Shown: positions 11,266-23,075 of the stretch, one piece after another
Position numbering within the stretch: the first letter of the stretch is position 1
How the letters are laid out: every line of letters begins with the position of its first letter
Source: Macrostomum lignano
Lineage: Eukaryota
Reading direction: 5' to 3'
NCBI GenBank assembly: GCA_002269645.1
Contig: NIVC01000903.1
Coordinates: forward strand, 62,001 to 126,000
DNA length: 64,000 bases
Notes under the pieces: model-generated
Seen by the model: the letters and a program-made list of their open reading frames with translations, nothing else
Database searches by the model: none
What the model was told of the DNA's origin: nothing
Translations under genes and position numbers: made by a program

Positions 11266-11902
11266 TCGCTTTGTCGTTTAGTTGCTACGCTAATACGTTG
11301 CATTTGAATGCAAAAATTTCTGATCGCAGCTGATCCTCTAAATGCTTCGAATCCAATTGTGAGTGGCTGCGGGAGAGAGAATTTTTTTCAGTCGAAAATC
11401 TGCGCCCACACATACCATGCTTTGCCCCAGCATCTCATCCCCCAACCCCATAGGGGCGGGTTAAACAGCCAGCTCGAAGACTGCAAGAGCCGCGCACAGC
11501 CCGCCGCTCCCCTCGGGGGAATTAAATTCCTAATTCTCCTCGCCTTTCGCACCTCCCTCTCTCTCTCTGTCTCCCTCGTCCTTTTTTCAACTGCAGGGTG
11601 GCCGTGTCCCAGATTCCAATGGGACAAGCCTATCGAAAAGAATTTCAATGCAAAAATGTGAGATGGCGACGCAGCGAGGGAAACTGAGTGAAGGCAAATC
11701 GACAATAAAACAGGGCACGCAATGGGTGACCGAGTCTTGTTGAAGAGCATGAGGGAACCGAATTTGAGATTTGAGGCTAGCTGTGCGTGACGCAAATTTC
11801 ATCACTAATTTGTAAAATTATTTATGCAACCTATGATTGCTTCGTTATTTGCTTATAGCTAGTGCTCCAACCAATAGTGTCACCTTAGACTTGAGCATCG
11901 CA

Positions 11903-12241
11903 GCTATCTAGTCACCCGGGTTGTGAGTCACGTAGCTAATTGATCACCCGGGTTGTGAGTCACGTAGCTAATTGATCACCCGGGTTATGAGTCATGTAGC
12001 TAATTGATCACCCGGGTTGTGAGTCATGTAGCTAATTGATCACCCGGGTTATGAGTCATGTAGCTAATTGATCACCCGGGTTGTGAGTCACGTAGCTAAT
12101 TGATCACCCGGGTTATGAGTCATGCAGCTAATTGATCACCCGGTTATGAGCCATGTAGCTAATTGATCACCCGAGTTATGAGTCATGCAGCTAATTGATT
12201 ACCCGAGTTATGAGTCATGCAGCTAATTGATCACCCGGGTT
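11903..12241. repeat. 32-bp minisatellite (TAGCTAATTGATCACCCGGGTT[G/A]TGAGTCA[C/T]G) x~10
   Basis: Read directly; most units contain TGAGTCA. Confidence 0.95.
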
Positions 12242-12554
12242 AGAAAGCTAATGCAAAGAACTCGCTCTGTCCGTCATCTTGGTGAGCATTCATTAGAAGT
12301 TCTACTATTTCAGTGAACCAAAGACCCACTCTGTCAGTTTGTATGCAGCATTCTCCTCCCCTCCCTCAGTCTGCAAACTTTTTTTATCACTCAAGCCTGC
12401 TGCAGTTGGGGACACAGAAACACACTTGACCCTAAGATTCCCTGCCCTTGTCTCGCTCTGCCCCGGGCTTACTGCAAAGACCTTCAGCTCACTGCTGAGA
12501 ATATTCGAGAGCTCAGACTGACAGGGTGCTGAAGCGATGCTTTTGACCCATTCA

Positions 12555-13125
12555 CAGTGCCTTTATTCACAGTGCCCATACAATTCATAGCGCCCCTATT
12601 CACACAGTGCTCTCCTTTATTCCCTGTGCCCCTGATTCACACATCGCTTCATTCACACACAGCGCCCCATTCACACAGCGCCCCATTAACACCACTCCCA
12701 ATTCACACAGCACTGCATTCACACATTGCCCTTCTCTATTCACTGTGCCCCGATTCACACAGCTCCCCATTCACACAGCGCCCCATTCACACAGCTCCCC
12801 ATTCACACAGCGCCCCATTCACACAGCTCCCCATTCACACAGCGCCCCATTCACACAGCTCCCCATTCACACAGCGCCCCATTCACACAGCACTGCATTC
12901 ACACAGCGCCCCATTCACACAGCTCCCCATTCACACAGCTCCCCATTCACACAGCTCCCCATTCACACAGCGCCCCATCACACAGCTCCCCATTCACACA
13001 GCTCCCCATTCACACAGCTCCCCATTCACACAGCTCCCCATCACACAGCTCCCCATTCACACAGCTCCCCATTCACACAGCGCCCCATTCACACAGCTCC
13101 CCATTCACACAGCTCCCCATTTACA
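12555..13125. repeat. 16-bp minisatellite (CACACAGC[G/T]CCCCATT)n
   Basis: Read directly. Confidence 0.95.
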
Positions 13126-13804
13126 CATCGCCCTCCTCTATCCTCACCGTTCCCATTCAGACGCAGTGCATAGCTGCTTTTCCATAACTCACCCAGAAGT
13201 TCAGCGATGCAATGAAAGCACAGTCGTAATAAAAGTCCGCCAGCTACTAACGCAAGAATTTATCAAACTATTGGGTACAGCGAATGAAGTCGTCATGTAG
13301 AACTTTAGTTTATAAGCTTGCGAATTCGCTAGTCCACCCACCGCGTTACATTTTTGGCGGTGAGGGATGAAGTGGGGGTCCGGATGAGGGGGGTACGGAG
13401 GTCCCGTCAAAGTCTGCCCCCCCTCCCCCCACCTACATGTACTCCTCCTTCAGACGAATCCAACTCGCTGGCACAGAAAACTGGCCAGTCACAGTTCGGC
13501 TACAACAGTACCCTCGTATTTTTAGGCGAGCGCCGGAAACGCATGCAGTTAAGGGCGCTCTCTCTCCCTCTCTCTCCCGCTCTGTACACAATCTTAGAGA
13601 CTGTAGCAGCCTGGCCTCCTCTCCTCCGATTCTCGTGAACGACCATTCAGCCAAAGATTCGATCTTGACCCAAACTTTTTGCTTCTCGATAAGCTGGCTG
13701 TCCGAAGGACGGGTGACTGATTGGGAGGGTAGAGCTGCTGACCGTCATGTGTTCTTGGAAATGGCGGACTTGCTTTTCATAACGGGTAGCTTTGACTGTG
13801 GGCT

Positions 13805-13925
13805 CTTGAGTCGCTGACTGATTTTGACCAACTTGAGTCACTCGCTCATTTTTGACCAACTTGAGTCACTGACTGATTTTTGACCAACTTGAGTCACTGA
13901 CTGATTCAACCATGTTGAGTCATAT
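13805..13925. repeat. Short ~28-30-bp tandem repeat (GACTGATTTTGACCAACTTGAGTCACT)
   Basis: Three to four units visible. Confidence 0.8.
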
Positions 13926-14334
13926 TTATTTTGCCGCATTGTGTGAATCAACTACTTTCTTATTAATTAAATGCCATTCTTTCTTCCCTTCTGCCCGCAT
14001 GTGCTACTCGTACAATGTCTCTGCTTGTACAAAATATTTCTCATAAATCCTGTGTTACTCCTTTTTAGGCGCAGATTCGAGACTGATCTGCCTTATTTTC
14101 CCTGTGAGCAGACGAGCCAAGATCATTAAAGACTTACTCAATATTTAGCGGCTATTAGCCCAGAAAGCTGACAGTGAGCCTGTAAAATCAGAAAATATTT
14201 TTTGACAGCTACTCAAGACCTGAGGGGCTTCTGCTCCAGTTTTAGGACTGACCTGCCTGTCGTGCTGTTTGAAAGTGCACAGAAAAAACCCGCGACATTG
14301 CAACCCAGCCTGGTATCAATGTGTCTAGAGAAAA

Positions 14335-15240
14335 TGTAGGTTGTCATAGCAACTGTAGGCATGCAGGTTGCTAATAGCAACTGTATCTTGATTGTCATAG
14401 CAACTGTAGGCATGCAGGTTGCTATAGCAACTGTATCTGATTGTCATAGCAACTGTAGGCATGCAGGTTGCTAATAGCAACTGTATCTTGATTGTCATAG
14501 CAACTGTAGGCATGCAGGTTGCTATAGCAACTGTATCTGATTGTCATAGCAACTGTAGGCATGCAGGTTGCTATAGCAACTGTATCTTGATTGTCATAGC
14601 AACTGTAGGCATGCAGGTTGCTATAGCAACTGTATCTGATTGTCATAGCAACTGTAGGCATGCAGGTTGCTAATAGCAACTGTATCTTGATTGTCATAGC
14701 AACTGTAGGCATGCAGGTTGCTATAGCAACTGTATCTTGATTGTCATAGCTACTGTAGGCATGGAGGTTGCTATAGCAACTGTATCTTGATTGTCATAGC
14801 AACTGTATCTGATTGTCATAGCTACTGTAGGTATGTAGGTTGCTATAGCAACTGTATCTGATTGTCATAGCAAATGTAGGTATGTAGGTTGCTAATAGCA
14901 ACTGTATCTGATTGTCATAGCAACTGTAGGCATGCAGGTTGCTATAGCAACTGTATCTTGATTGTCATAGCTACTGTAGGCATGTAGGTTGCTAATAGCA
15001 ACTGTATCTGGTTGTCATAGCTACTGTAAGCATGTAGGTTGCTATAGCAACTGTATCTGATTGTCATAGCAACTGTAGGTATGTAGGTTGCTATAGCAAA
15101 TGTATGCTGTTTAACATAGCAATCGTAGGTGTCTACGTTGCTATAGCAATTCTGTATGTTAACATAAAAACTGCATGTAGGTTTTCACAGCTACTTTATA
15201 TATGTTGCCATAGCAACAGCATTTCGTTCCCGTAGCAACT
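14335..15240. repeat. ~49-50-bp minisatellite containing the palindrome GTTGCTATAGCAAC, with a decayed right end
   Basis: Unit TTGTCATAGCAACTGTAGGCATGCAGGTTGCTATAGCAACTGTATCTGA, read directly. Confidence 0.95.
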
Positions 15241-15913
15241 GCGGTATTTTAGAACCTAACGCTCTAATGGTTTTAGTTAAAATGAATTCATAAAATGCCT
15301 GATAAAGTGAGGCTGTCACTTTGGTTTAGCGTGTGTGCATCTGTGTTATCTGTGTAAAGTTTTCTTATTTTGAAAATTCGACAGGAATCGAAATATATTT
15401 TTAATCACAGCCTGTCTGATAAATATTGAGTGAAAACAGTATAGCTTTTGCATAAATATGATCATAAATTTGAAGCCTGATTCAAATACTCGTACAATCA
15501 AAGTTTATCTCATAAATATTTCTTAGGTCAGCCCAATAATAAGCACAATTATTTTAAAATCACAATTGAAAATTTCGTTATTTAGATAACGAAAATAAAA
15601 ACACAATTAAGTGTAATTAACAACTAGCAATAAACATGAAAACGCAGACTTTGAATAGATAAATAATTTACTAATAAAAGCGAACACAGAGACAAGCTTG
15701 TTGCAAAGTACTACCTGAATGTGAAGCGCGTACAGTTTAAACAATAACATAAATATAATCTGTTAATGCTTGAAATCAGGTGATTAAAAGATCAAAGAAT
15801 ACAAGTGTTGAATATTCATAGAATAATAGATAAATAATCTTGACAGTTAAAATTAAAAATGAAATAATCCGAAACAAGCCATCTGGGCTACTGACAGTAG
15901 AAATACGAGCATC

Positions 15914-16048
15914 TCAGCCGCAGATTGCAATAAACTTGCGCTGGCCCTCTGTGCGCAGAGCCAGCCACTGCTGCTTGTTGATCAGGCAGTCCGCGTCTCT
16001 GTCACCCTGGAAACCGGAGGCGCGTGAATTCAAATTCGTTGTAGGTGT
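15914..16048 (-). CDS. CCDC142: CCDC142-like, terminal coding exon
   Basis: Acceptor TAGCAG|ACA, phase 0. Reads TPTTNLNSRASGFQGDRDADCLINKQQWLALRTEGQRKFIAICG*; NKQQWLALR resembles the CCDC142 C-terminal NQQAWLALR motif. Confidence 0.7.
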   Translation of the reverse strand, partial: TPTTNLNSRASGFQGDRDADCLINKQQWLALRTEGQRKFIAICG

Positions 16049-16309
16049 CTGCTACTAAATAATTTATTGGCCAGATCTCACAGTCTGAATTTGCAGCATT
16101 TCTGAGGTTCACAAGCTTGTCTACATGTAGTTCATACTGTTGGCTGTGCACCAAAATGCCATCAGAGACCGACAAGCAAGCAACGGTTCCCGATGTTCCT
16201 ATCTCTTTAATGGATTTTTCCCATGTTTAGGATAGTTCTTGCCTGAGTTTTGTCTATGGTAAAACCCTTTGAAATACATCGTTCCACAACCAGCGCTGAC
16301 GAAAATTCT

Positions 16310-18235
16310 GGGGACTGGGACTGGGGACTGGGACTAGAACTGGGTACTGGGTACTGGGGACTGGGACTGGGGACTGGGACTGGGACTAGAACTGGGACTA
16401 GAACTGGGGACTGGGGACTGGGACTGGGACTAGAACTGGGACTAGAACTGGGTACTGGGTACTGGGACTGGGACTAGAGACTGGGACTGGGACTAGAACT
16501 GGGTACTGGGTACTGGGGACTGGGACTGGGGACTGGGACTGGGACTAGAACTGGGACTAGAACTGGGACTAGAACTGGGACTAGAACTGGGTACTGGGTA
16601 CTGGGGACTGGGACTGGGGACTGGGGACTGGGACTGGGTACTGGGGACTGGGACTGAGACTGAGACTGGGACTGGGACTGGGGACTGGGACTGGGACTAG
16701 AACTGGGACTAGAACTGGGACTAGAACTGGGTACTGGGTACTGGGGACTGGGACTGGGGACTGGGGACTGGGGACTGGGACTGGGACTGGGACTGGGTAC
16801 TGGGGACTGGGACTGAGACTGAGACTGGGACTGGGACTGGGGACTGGGACTGTGACTGGGACTGGGACTGGGACTGGGACTGGGACTAGAACTGGGGACT
16901 GGGACTGGGACTGGGGACTGGGGACTGGGACTAGAACTGGGGACTGGGGACTGGGACTGGGGACTGGGACTGGGGACTGGGGACTGGGACTGGGACTGGG
17001 ACTGGGACTGGGGACTGGGGACTGGGAACTGGGGACTGGGACTGGGGACTAGGACTGGGGACTGGGGACTGGGGACTGGAACTAGAACTGGGGACTGGGT
17101 ACTGGGGACTGGGACTGAGACTGAGACTGGGACTGAGACTGAGACTGGGACTGGGGACTGGGACTGGGGACTGGGGACTGGGACTGGGACTGGAGACTGG
17201 GACTGGAGACTGGGACTGAGACTGGGACTGGGGACTGGGACTGGGACTGGGACTGGGACTGGAACTGGAGACTGGGACTGGAGACTGGGACTGAGACTGG
17301 GACTGAGACTGGGGACTGGGACTGGAGACTGGAGACTGGGACTGGGACTGGGGACTGGGACTGGGGACTGAGACTGGGGACTGAGACTGGGGACTGGGAC
17401 TGTGACTGGGACTGGGACTGGGACTGGGACTGGGACTAGAACTGGGGACTGGGACTGGGACTGGGGACTGGGGACTGGGACTGGGGACTGGGACTGGGGA
17501 CTGGGGACTGGGACTGGGACTGGGACTGGGACTGGGGACTGGGGACTGGGAACTGGGGACTGGGACTGGGGACTGGGACTGGGGACTGGGGACTGGAACT
17601 AGAACTGGGGACTGGGGACTGAGACTGAGACTGGGACTGGGACTGGGGACTGGGACTGTGACTGGGACTGGGACTGGGACTGGGACTGGGACTGGGACTG
17701 GGACTAGAACTGGGGACTGGGACTGGGACTGGGGACTGGGGACTGGGACTAGAACTGGGGACTGGGGACTGGGACTGGGGACTGGGACTGGGGACTGGGA
17801 ACTGGGACTGGGACTGGGACTGGGACTGGGGACTGGGGACTGGGAACTGGGGACTGGGAATGGGGACTGGGACTGGGGACTGGGGACTGGAACTAGAACT
17901 GGGGACTGGGTACTGGGGACTGGGACTGAGACTGAGACTGGGACTGAGACTGAGACTGGGACTGGGGACTGGGACTGGGGACTGGAGACTGGGACTGAGA
18001 CTGGGACTGGAGACTGGGACTGAGACTGGGACTGGGGACTGGGACTGGGACTGGAACTGGAGACTGGGACTGGAGACTGGGACTGAGACTGGGACTGAGA
18101 CTGGGGACTGGGACTGGAGACTGGAGACTGGGACTGGGACTGGGGACTGGGACTGGGGACTGAGACTGGGGACTGAGACTGGGACTGAGACTGGGGACTG
18201 GGACTGGGACTGGGACTTGGAGATTGGGATTGAGG
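16310..18235. repeat. ~1.9-kb (GGGACT/GGGGACT/GAGACT)n satellite filling most of the last CCDC142 intron
   Basis: Read directly. Confidence 0.97.
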
Positions 18236-18248
18236 ACTGGGGACTCAC

Positions 18249-19680
18249 CTTAGCCTCCGGCCCCCCGATGGACCGGGCTGAGTTCGATTCAACTCCCGCA
18301 TCCGAGCTGCCGCCGCAGGTGACCAGCCGGCGAGCTGACGGGCGAACGGCCGCGGCGCCAGCTGGCGCTGGCTGACGCTTCAGCAGGCGGACTCCAGCTC
18401 GGAGGCAGCGCACCGGCTGCAGGGCCATCAGGCTGTCGGTGAGGTCGCGATCGCCGCAGGCGCTGTCCAGGTAGTCCAGCAGGTATTCAACATCCGCCTC
18501 CATCTGTTTGGCGCCGTAGAAATTCACGCGAAGCCGCGGCCGGCCCGCGACGATGGCGGAGCTCCAGGCTTCGGCCAGGGCGGCCAGAGGCGGGCCGAGG
18601 CCTTCAAGGCGGGCCTGGCGGCTCAGCGGAGCGACGGCTTTGACCGCCGGCTCCAGGCAGGCGGCCACCAGCGCCTGGGCGTACGGCCGCGGGCGAAGCT
18701 GCTCAACGTCGGCCGGCGCTAGCTTCCAGTCGTGGCGACCGCGGGGCAGCCCGGCCTCGGCCAGCTGGCGCCGGGCCCTGGCGCGGCACTGCTCGGCAAA
18801 GCTGGACAGCAGGCTGGCGCGTTTTTCGGCCACGGCGCCAGTCGCTTCGGCGCCGAACGCGGCCAGGCGAACGCGCAGGCGGACGTGCCGATCCGGCAGC
18901 CGGCGGAGCCTCTTGAAGGCCGTCCCGACCGAGCGGAGCTCCGCCTCGGCGAACTGCAGGTCGGTGAGCGCCAGGAAGGCGCAGACGCCGGGCTGGTCGT
19001 TGGCAGCGGCGGTGTCGGCGATGGAACCGACCGCGCGTAAGAAGACTCGGCAGGAGAGCGAGGCGGTGAGCAGCCAGTGGTTGAGGAAGGCCATGTACGG
19101 CTCCAGCTGAACGTCTGGCGGACTGCCCGACGCTTGCGGCTGCAGCTGCTGCTGCTGCTGATGTTGCCGCACGCCCCGCCGGCCGCGAACCCAGGCCTCC
19201 AATTCAGCGATGCAGAGGCCGATGGCCTTCAGGCAGGGCCGCAGGCAGTCCAGGAAGGCCTTGCCCAGGCGGGAGCAGCGCGGCCCGCTGGCCAGCAGGG
19301 TTGGCTGCGCGCTGTCCGGCCGCTGCGCCAGGCCGAGGAAGCGGGAGAAGCCGGCCTCCCACATCGCATGGCAGGCCTGCAGGTGCAGCCGGAGGGCCAC
19401 GGAGTGCAGGAAGGGCAGCAGGGAGGCCGGCCGAGGCGGGAACAGGGCGTCCGTGGCGGTGAACTGCACCGTGTAGCCCAGCAGCTGCATCGCGGCCGGC
19501 TCCATCAGTCGGCAGCTGCCAAGCCTCTTGCTTGGCGAAGCTTCTATGGGCCACATCGGCTTGGCGATCCGGTAGGCAAAGCAGGCATCGGCCTCGCGCC
19601 ACACCAGGTCCAGGTACCTGGCCACCACCTGGTGCCGAAGGCTCACATCTGAGTGGTCAGACCAGTGCACGCCTTTTTTA
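18249..19680 (-). CDS. CCDC142: CCDC142-like, 3' part of the large exon
   Basis: RPYAQALVAACLEPAVKAVAPLSRQARLEGLGPPLAALAEAWSSAIV...VNFYGAKQMEADVEYLL...LMALQPVRCLRAGVRLLKRQP parallels the CCDC142 conserved C-terminal domain. Phase-0 donor AAG|GTGAGT at 18248. Confidence 0.75.
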
Positions 19681-19706
19681 CTGCCGCCGCTGGCCGCTGC
19701 TGTTAC

Positions 19707-20650
19707 CGGGGACTCGTCCGCGCGTTGTTGCAGAATCTGCTGCTGTTGCGGCCGGGCAGCAGCTTGGTGCTCTGGGCGAGGCAGTCGAGAAAGCCGGACG
19801 CGAACTCGGTCTCCTGCTGCACGAACTCGGCCAGCGGGCTGCCCTGCCGCACCAGCCGGTCGGTGAAGCGGCTCAGGGCGCGCTCGGCCCGCTCCGACTG
19901 GTGGTGCAGGCTGGACACCTCGTCGCTGTAGTAGTCGGAGGTGCGGCGTCGACCGGGTGACCGCTTGTTGCCGCCGCCGACGCCGCCGCCACCCGGCTGC
20001 TTCTTCGCCGCCCCGTCCGCCTCGTCGGTGAACTCGCCTTCTTCTTCTTCTTCTTCTTCTTCCCTTTTGTCGCCATCCTCGTAGTCGTCGTCGTCGTCAT
20101 CGTCCGGCTGGTTGTCATCGAAATGATTTCTCCGGCCGCGCTCGCCGCCGCCACCGCAGTCGATGCCGTAGAGGATTGCGCTGCAGCCGTCGGCGGTCTG
20201 ACTGCGCAGGAAGCGAAGCAGGTCCCGGTTGGCGCAGTAGAAGTCGTGCAGCATCTCCGTGGGCACGGCGGACCGTTCGGCGGCCAGGCAGGCTAAGATT
20301 TTCGTCAGCGACATCGGCCGGAGGTCCTCGAGGGCGAGGCGAGGCGCCGCATATTCGGCGAACTCCGAACAGCGGCAGGCCACCCTCAGGGAGCGCTGAT
20401 GAGCCTTGGCCAGCTCGAGGACACTGTTGAACTCTTCGATGCCACGCGATATCTCAAACAGGTCATCGGGTGAGTAGCGGCTCAAATCGGCGCTAGCGAG
20501 GGCGCGAAGGCCGGCGCGGACCAGATCGCGGGTGCTGGCCAAGGCGCGGGACAGCTCAAGCCCGGCGGCTGCCTGATAGGCGGTCAGCAGGGGCCGCGCC
20601 TCCGACAGGCTGGCCTGCAGCACGCAGCTTTGCTGGGTGAACAGGCGCAC
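19707..20650 (-). CDS. CCDC142: CCDC142-like, 5' part of the large exon (frame break near 19680-19770)
   Basis: Acceptor TTTCAG|GTG at 20651/20650; coding-like composition. The frame differs from the downstream part, so either an indel or a 26-nt micro-intron is needed. Confidence 0.65.
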
Positions 20651-21044
20651 CTGAAATTGAGTTTAGTAGAAAGCTTGTTAAACATAGCTTTTTTCAAGCC
20701 AATTGAGCCTAGGAGCAAGCAATTTAATCCTATCCTAGCAAGCTTATACTGTATGCTATGGTTTTGCATTTGCTTGTTTTGATTGCTTTCTCTGAAATCA
20801 AAGTGTTAATGTCAATCGTTTTTTGATATGCCATCTACTTGCAGACGTTATTTCAGTGAAGTTATTCGTGAAGGATATACAAGCACTGTGAAAAGGATTA
20901 ACTGCGCGCCAAGATTCTCAAATTGGTTGCTCGCTCCATAGACCCCCTTTTGGGCCATAGACAATGAAAAACAAGTCTTCAATAGCTTGATTCTCCCAGT
21001 AAGGATTAAATTGCTTGCTCCTAGGCTCAATTGGCTTGGAAAAT

Positions 21045-21355
21045 GTTATATTAATAATCATAATTAATTACACCTGCCCTAATAGGCAGATATGCAACCG
21101 ACAGCTCAGCCGCAGCTATTGCGCGGTGCATCTGAAGGCTGCGTACGGCTGTTCAGTCCAAGGACTGGGGGGTCGCCACACACAGCCTCAATTACCCCAG
21201 CTAATGCTGGCACCCATTTTACAGCTGGGTGAACTGAAGCAATGCAGAGTTAAGAGTCTTGCTCAAGGACACAAATTGCTCCAGTGGGATCGGGAATCGA
21301 ACCACGGAACATCAAGTCGTGAGTCCGACGCTCTGACCACTAGGCTACAACCCCC
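21045..21355 (-). mobile_element. Full-length tRNA-headed CORE-like SINE with an (ATT)-rich tail
   Basis: A box TAGCCTAGTGG, B box GGTTCGATTCC, body GTGTCCTTGAGCAAGACTCTTAAC...CAGCTGTAAAATGGG, and an AT-rich tail. Confidence 0.85.
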
Positions 21356-22238
21356 TTGTTAAATCGAAGTATTTCACTGCAATTTAGACTTTACAGGGCC
21401 AACCTTCAAAGCTCAGACAGTGTACATGCCTGATGATTAGAAAGTCAGGGCCGCTGTACACCCTGTGTGGGCGTGTGGGTGAGTGCTCCAGAGTCAGCTG
21501 AATGAGCAGAATTTCTGTCAGCGCTGGTTATGGAACGATGTCGCCGAAGGGTGCCCGCAGACCTCCTGAAAATACTAATCTATATTATTTTAGGGTTAGG
21601 GTCTGGGGCTAAGGTGGGCAAGACTACCCCCAGCTGAACCTGTCCGCGTCATTCCACCCGAAATTTTCGTGGACTCCCTCGAATTTTTTTAGCCTATAAT
21701 TGGCTAATTTTGCATCACGGATGCACTTTTAGCAAGTTGTTTACGTTTTTTCAACTGTCTTGCTTTGTATAAAATAGCTTACGCATTTTATACTTACTAC
21801 TGAAAGTAGAGAAACTGTTCCTCTATTATAAAATCTTACGCATTTAGTGACAGGCAAAGAGCAGAGTGAGGCATCTGTGCCAGCAATCCTCTTCTTTGAA
21901 TGACATTCAGCTCAATGCAGTCCAGCTGAAGCGTAAGATTTCATTATGGACTCTTCCGGTTGTAAAAATAGCCATCCCGTACAGCAACTAAGGCAACGTA
22001 GATGAGATAAAATCTTGGCACGAAGCCAAGTACAAAAATTGCCTACACGAGCAATTTTTATGGATGCAGAGTGAACTATCTAAAATTCTTCATAGAGCAG
22101 ATTCACGCGATCCGAAATACAAAGTTGCTAGGCTCTCAAGAGTCAGTTGAATCGCATTGACGCATTTTTAGAAACTTGGTTTTTTTTACAAGAACTAATC
22201 TGTCTGGCAAAACTGTTAGATGCACGAAAAGCTCTCAC

Positions 22239-23069
22239 CTGCTGCAGCTGGCTCAGGCTCGCCCGCAGCCGCTCGCACAGCCCGTAGACGCACTCGATGC
22301 TGGAGCTGATCCGCCTGCCGCCGCTGCTGGCGCCGACGCTGCCGACTGAGCGGCGTCGCCGGAGCAGCCGCTCCTCTTGGCGACGGACGCGATCGATCTG
22401 CTCAGCCAGCAGCGTCAGGTCGCGCATTCTGGCCGCAATTTTGCGTCGCAGCTCCAGCAGCAGCAGGCGGCTCTCCAGCCTGCGTAGGCGCTGCAGCCGA
22501 GTCTGCAGTCTCGGCAGGACGGCCGAGTGCGCCAGGCAGGCGGTGCGCACCCCGCCGCAGTGGATGATGACTCCGTGGGCTGGCAGGCGGCCGAACTTCC
22601 CGGATGCTTCGCGCATCGCCGCGCGCAAGTCGTCCAGATCGACTCGGACGGCCGCTGCCGAGACCGGGCGCGGACTTGGCGACGGCGGTGGCGGCTGCTG
22701 CGGCTGGTCCGCGGCGCCGGGCAGCGAAGCCGGCGGACCCCCTGAGGCTGATGAAGCTGACGACGCAAATGTTGGAGCGACAACCGCCAGCAGTCGCGGC
22801 GAGTCGGTGGTCGTGGCGGCGTCCTGACGCGGCTGGTGCCGTCTGGCTACACCGCGCGGCGTCGACGGCAGTTCAATCAGAACGGCTTCGCGCTCCTCCT
22901 TCGATTGTCGGCGGTCTTCAAGCTGGAGCTCCTCGTCGTCGGCGCAGTCATCAAAGCTCGACGCGCCAGCTGATTTGGACGCCGACAATCGACGGTTCCG
23001 TCTACGGCGAGGCGCCGGCAAAATGGCCGCCTTTTCATCGATTGGCAGGGCTCGGACTGCAGTTTCCAT
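22239..23069 (-). CDS. CCDC142: CCDC142-like, first coding exon (low-complexity region plus coiled coil)
   Basis: First in-frame ATG at 23069; coiled-coil-like RLQTRLQRLRRLESRLLLLELRR. Phase-0 donor CAG|GTGAGA at 22238 is compatible with the acceptor at 20650. Confidence 0.6.
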
Positions 23070-23075
23070 GACAAC
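23062..23075. promoter_or_regulatory. Perfect RFX X-box GTTTCCATGACAAC overlapping the predicted CCDC142 start codon
   Basis: Matches GTHNYYATRRNAAC on both strands. Confidence 0.4.

Noticed and set aside
17436-18248. S/P/V-rich C-terminal ~270 aa of the 744-aa ORF
   Set aside because: It lies beyond a consensus GTGAGT donor in the GGGACT array, and a better terminal exon exists at 15914-16048.
21287-21355. tRNA gene (CAC loop) here and at ~8048-8116
   Set aside because: The anticodon stem pairs poorly and the sequence runs directly into a shared SINE body.
21590-21601. Interstitial telomere (TTAGGG)2
   Set aside because: Only two units, which is compatible with chance.
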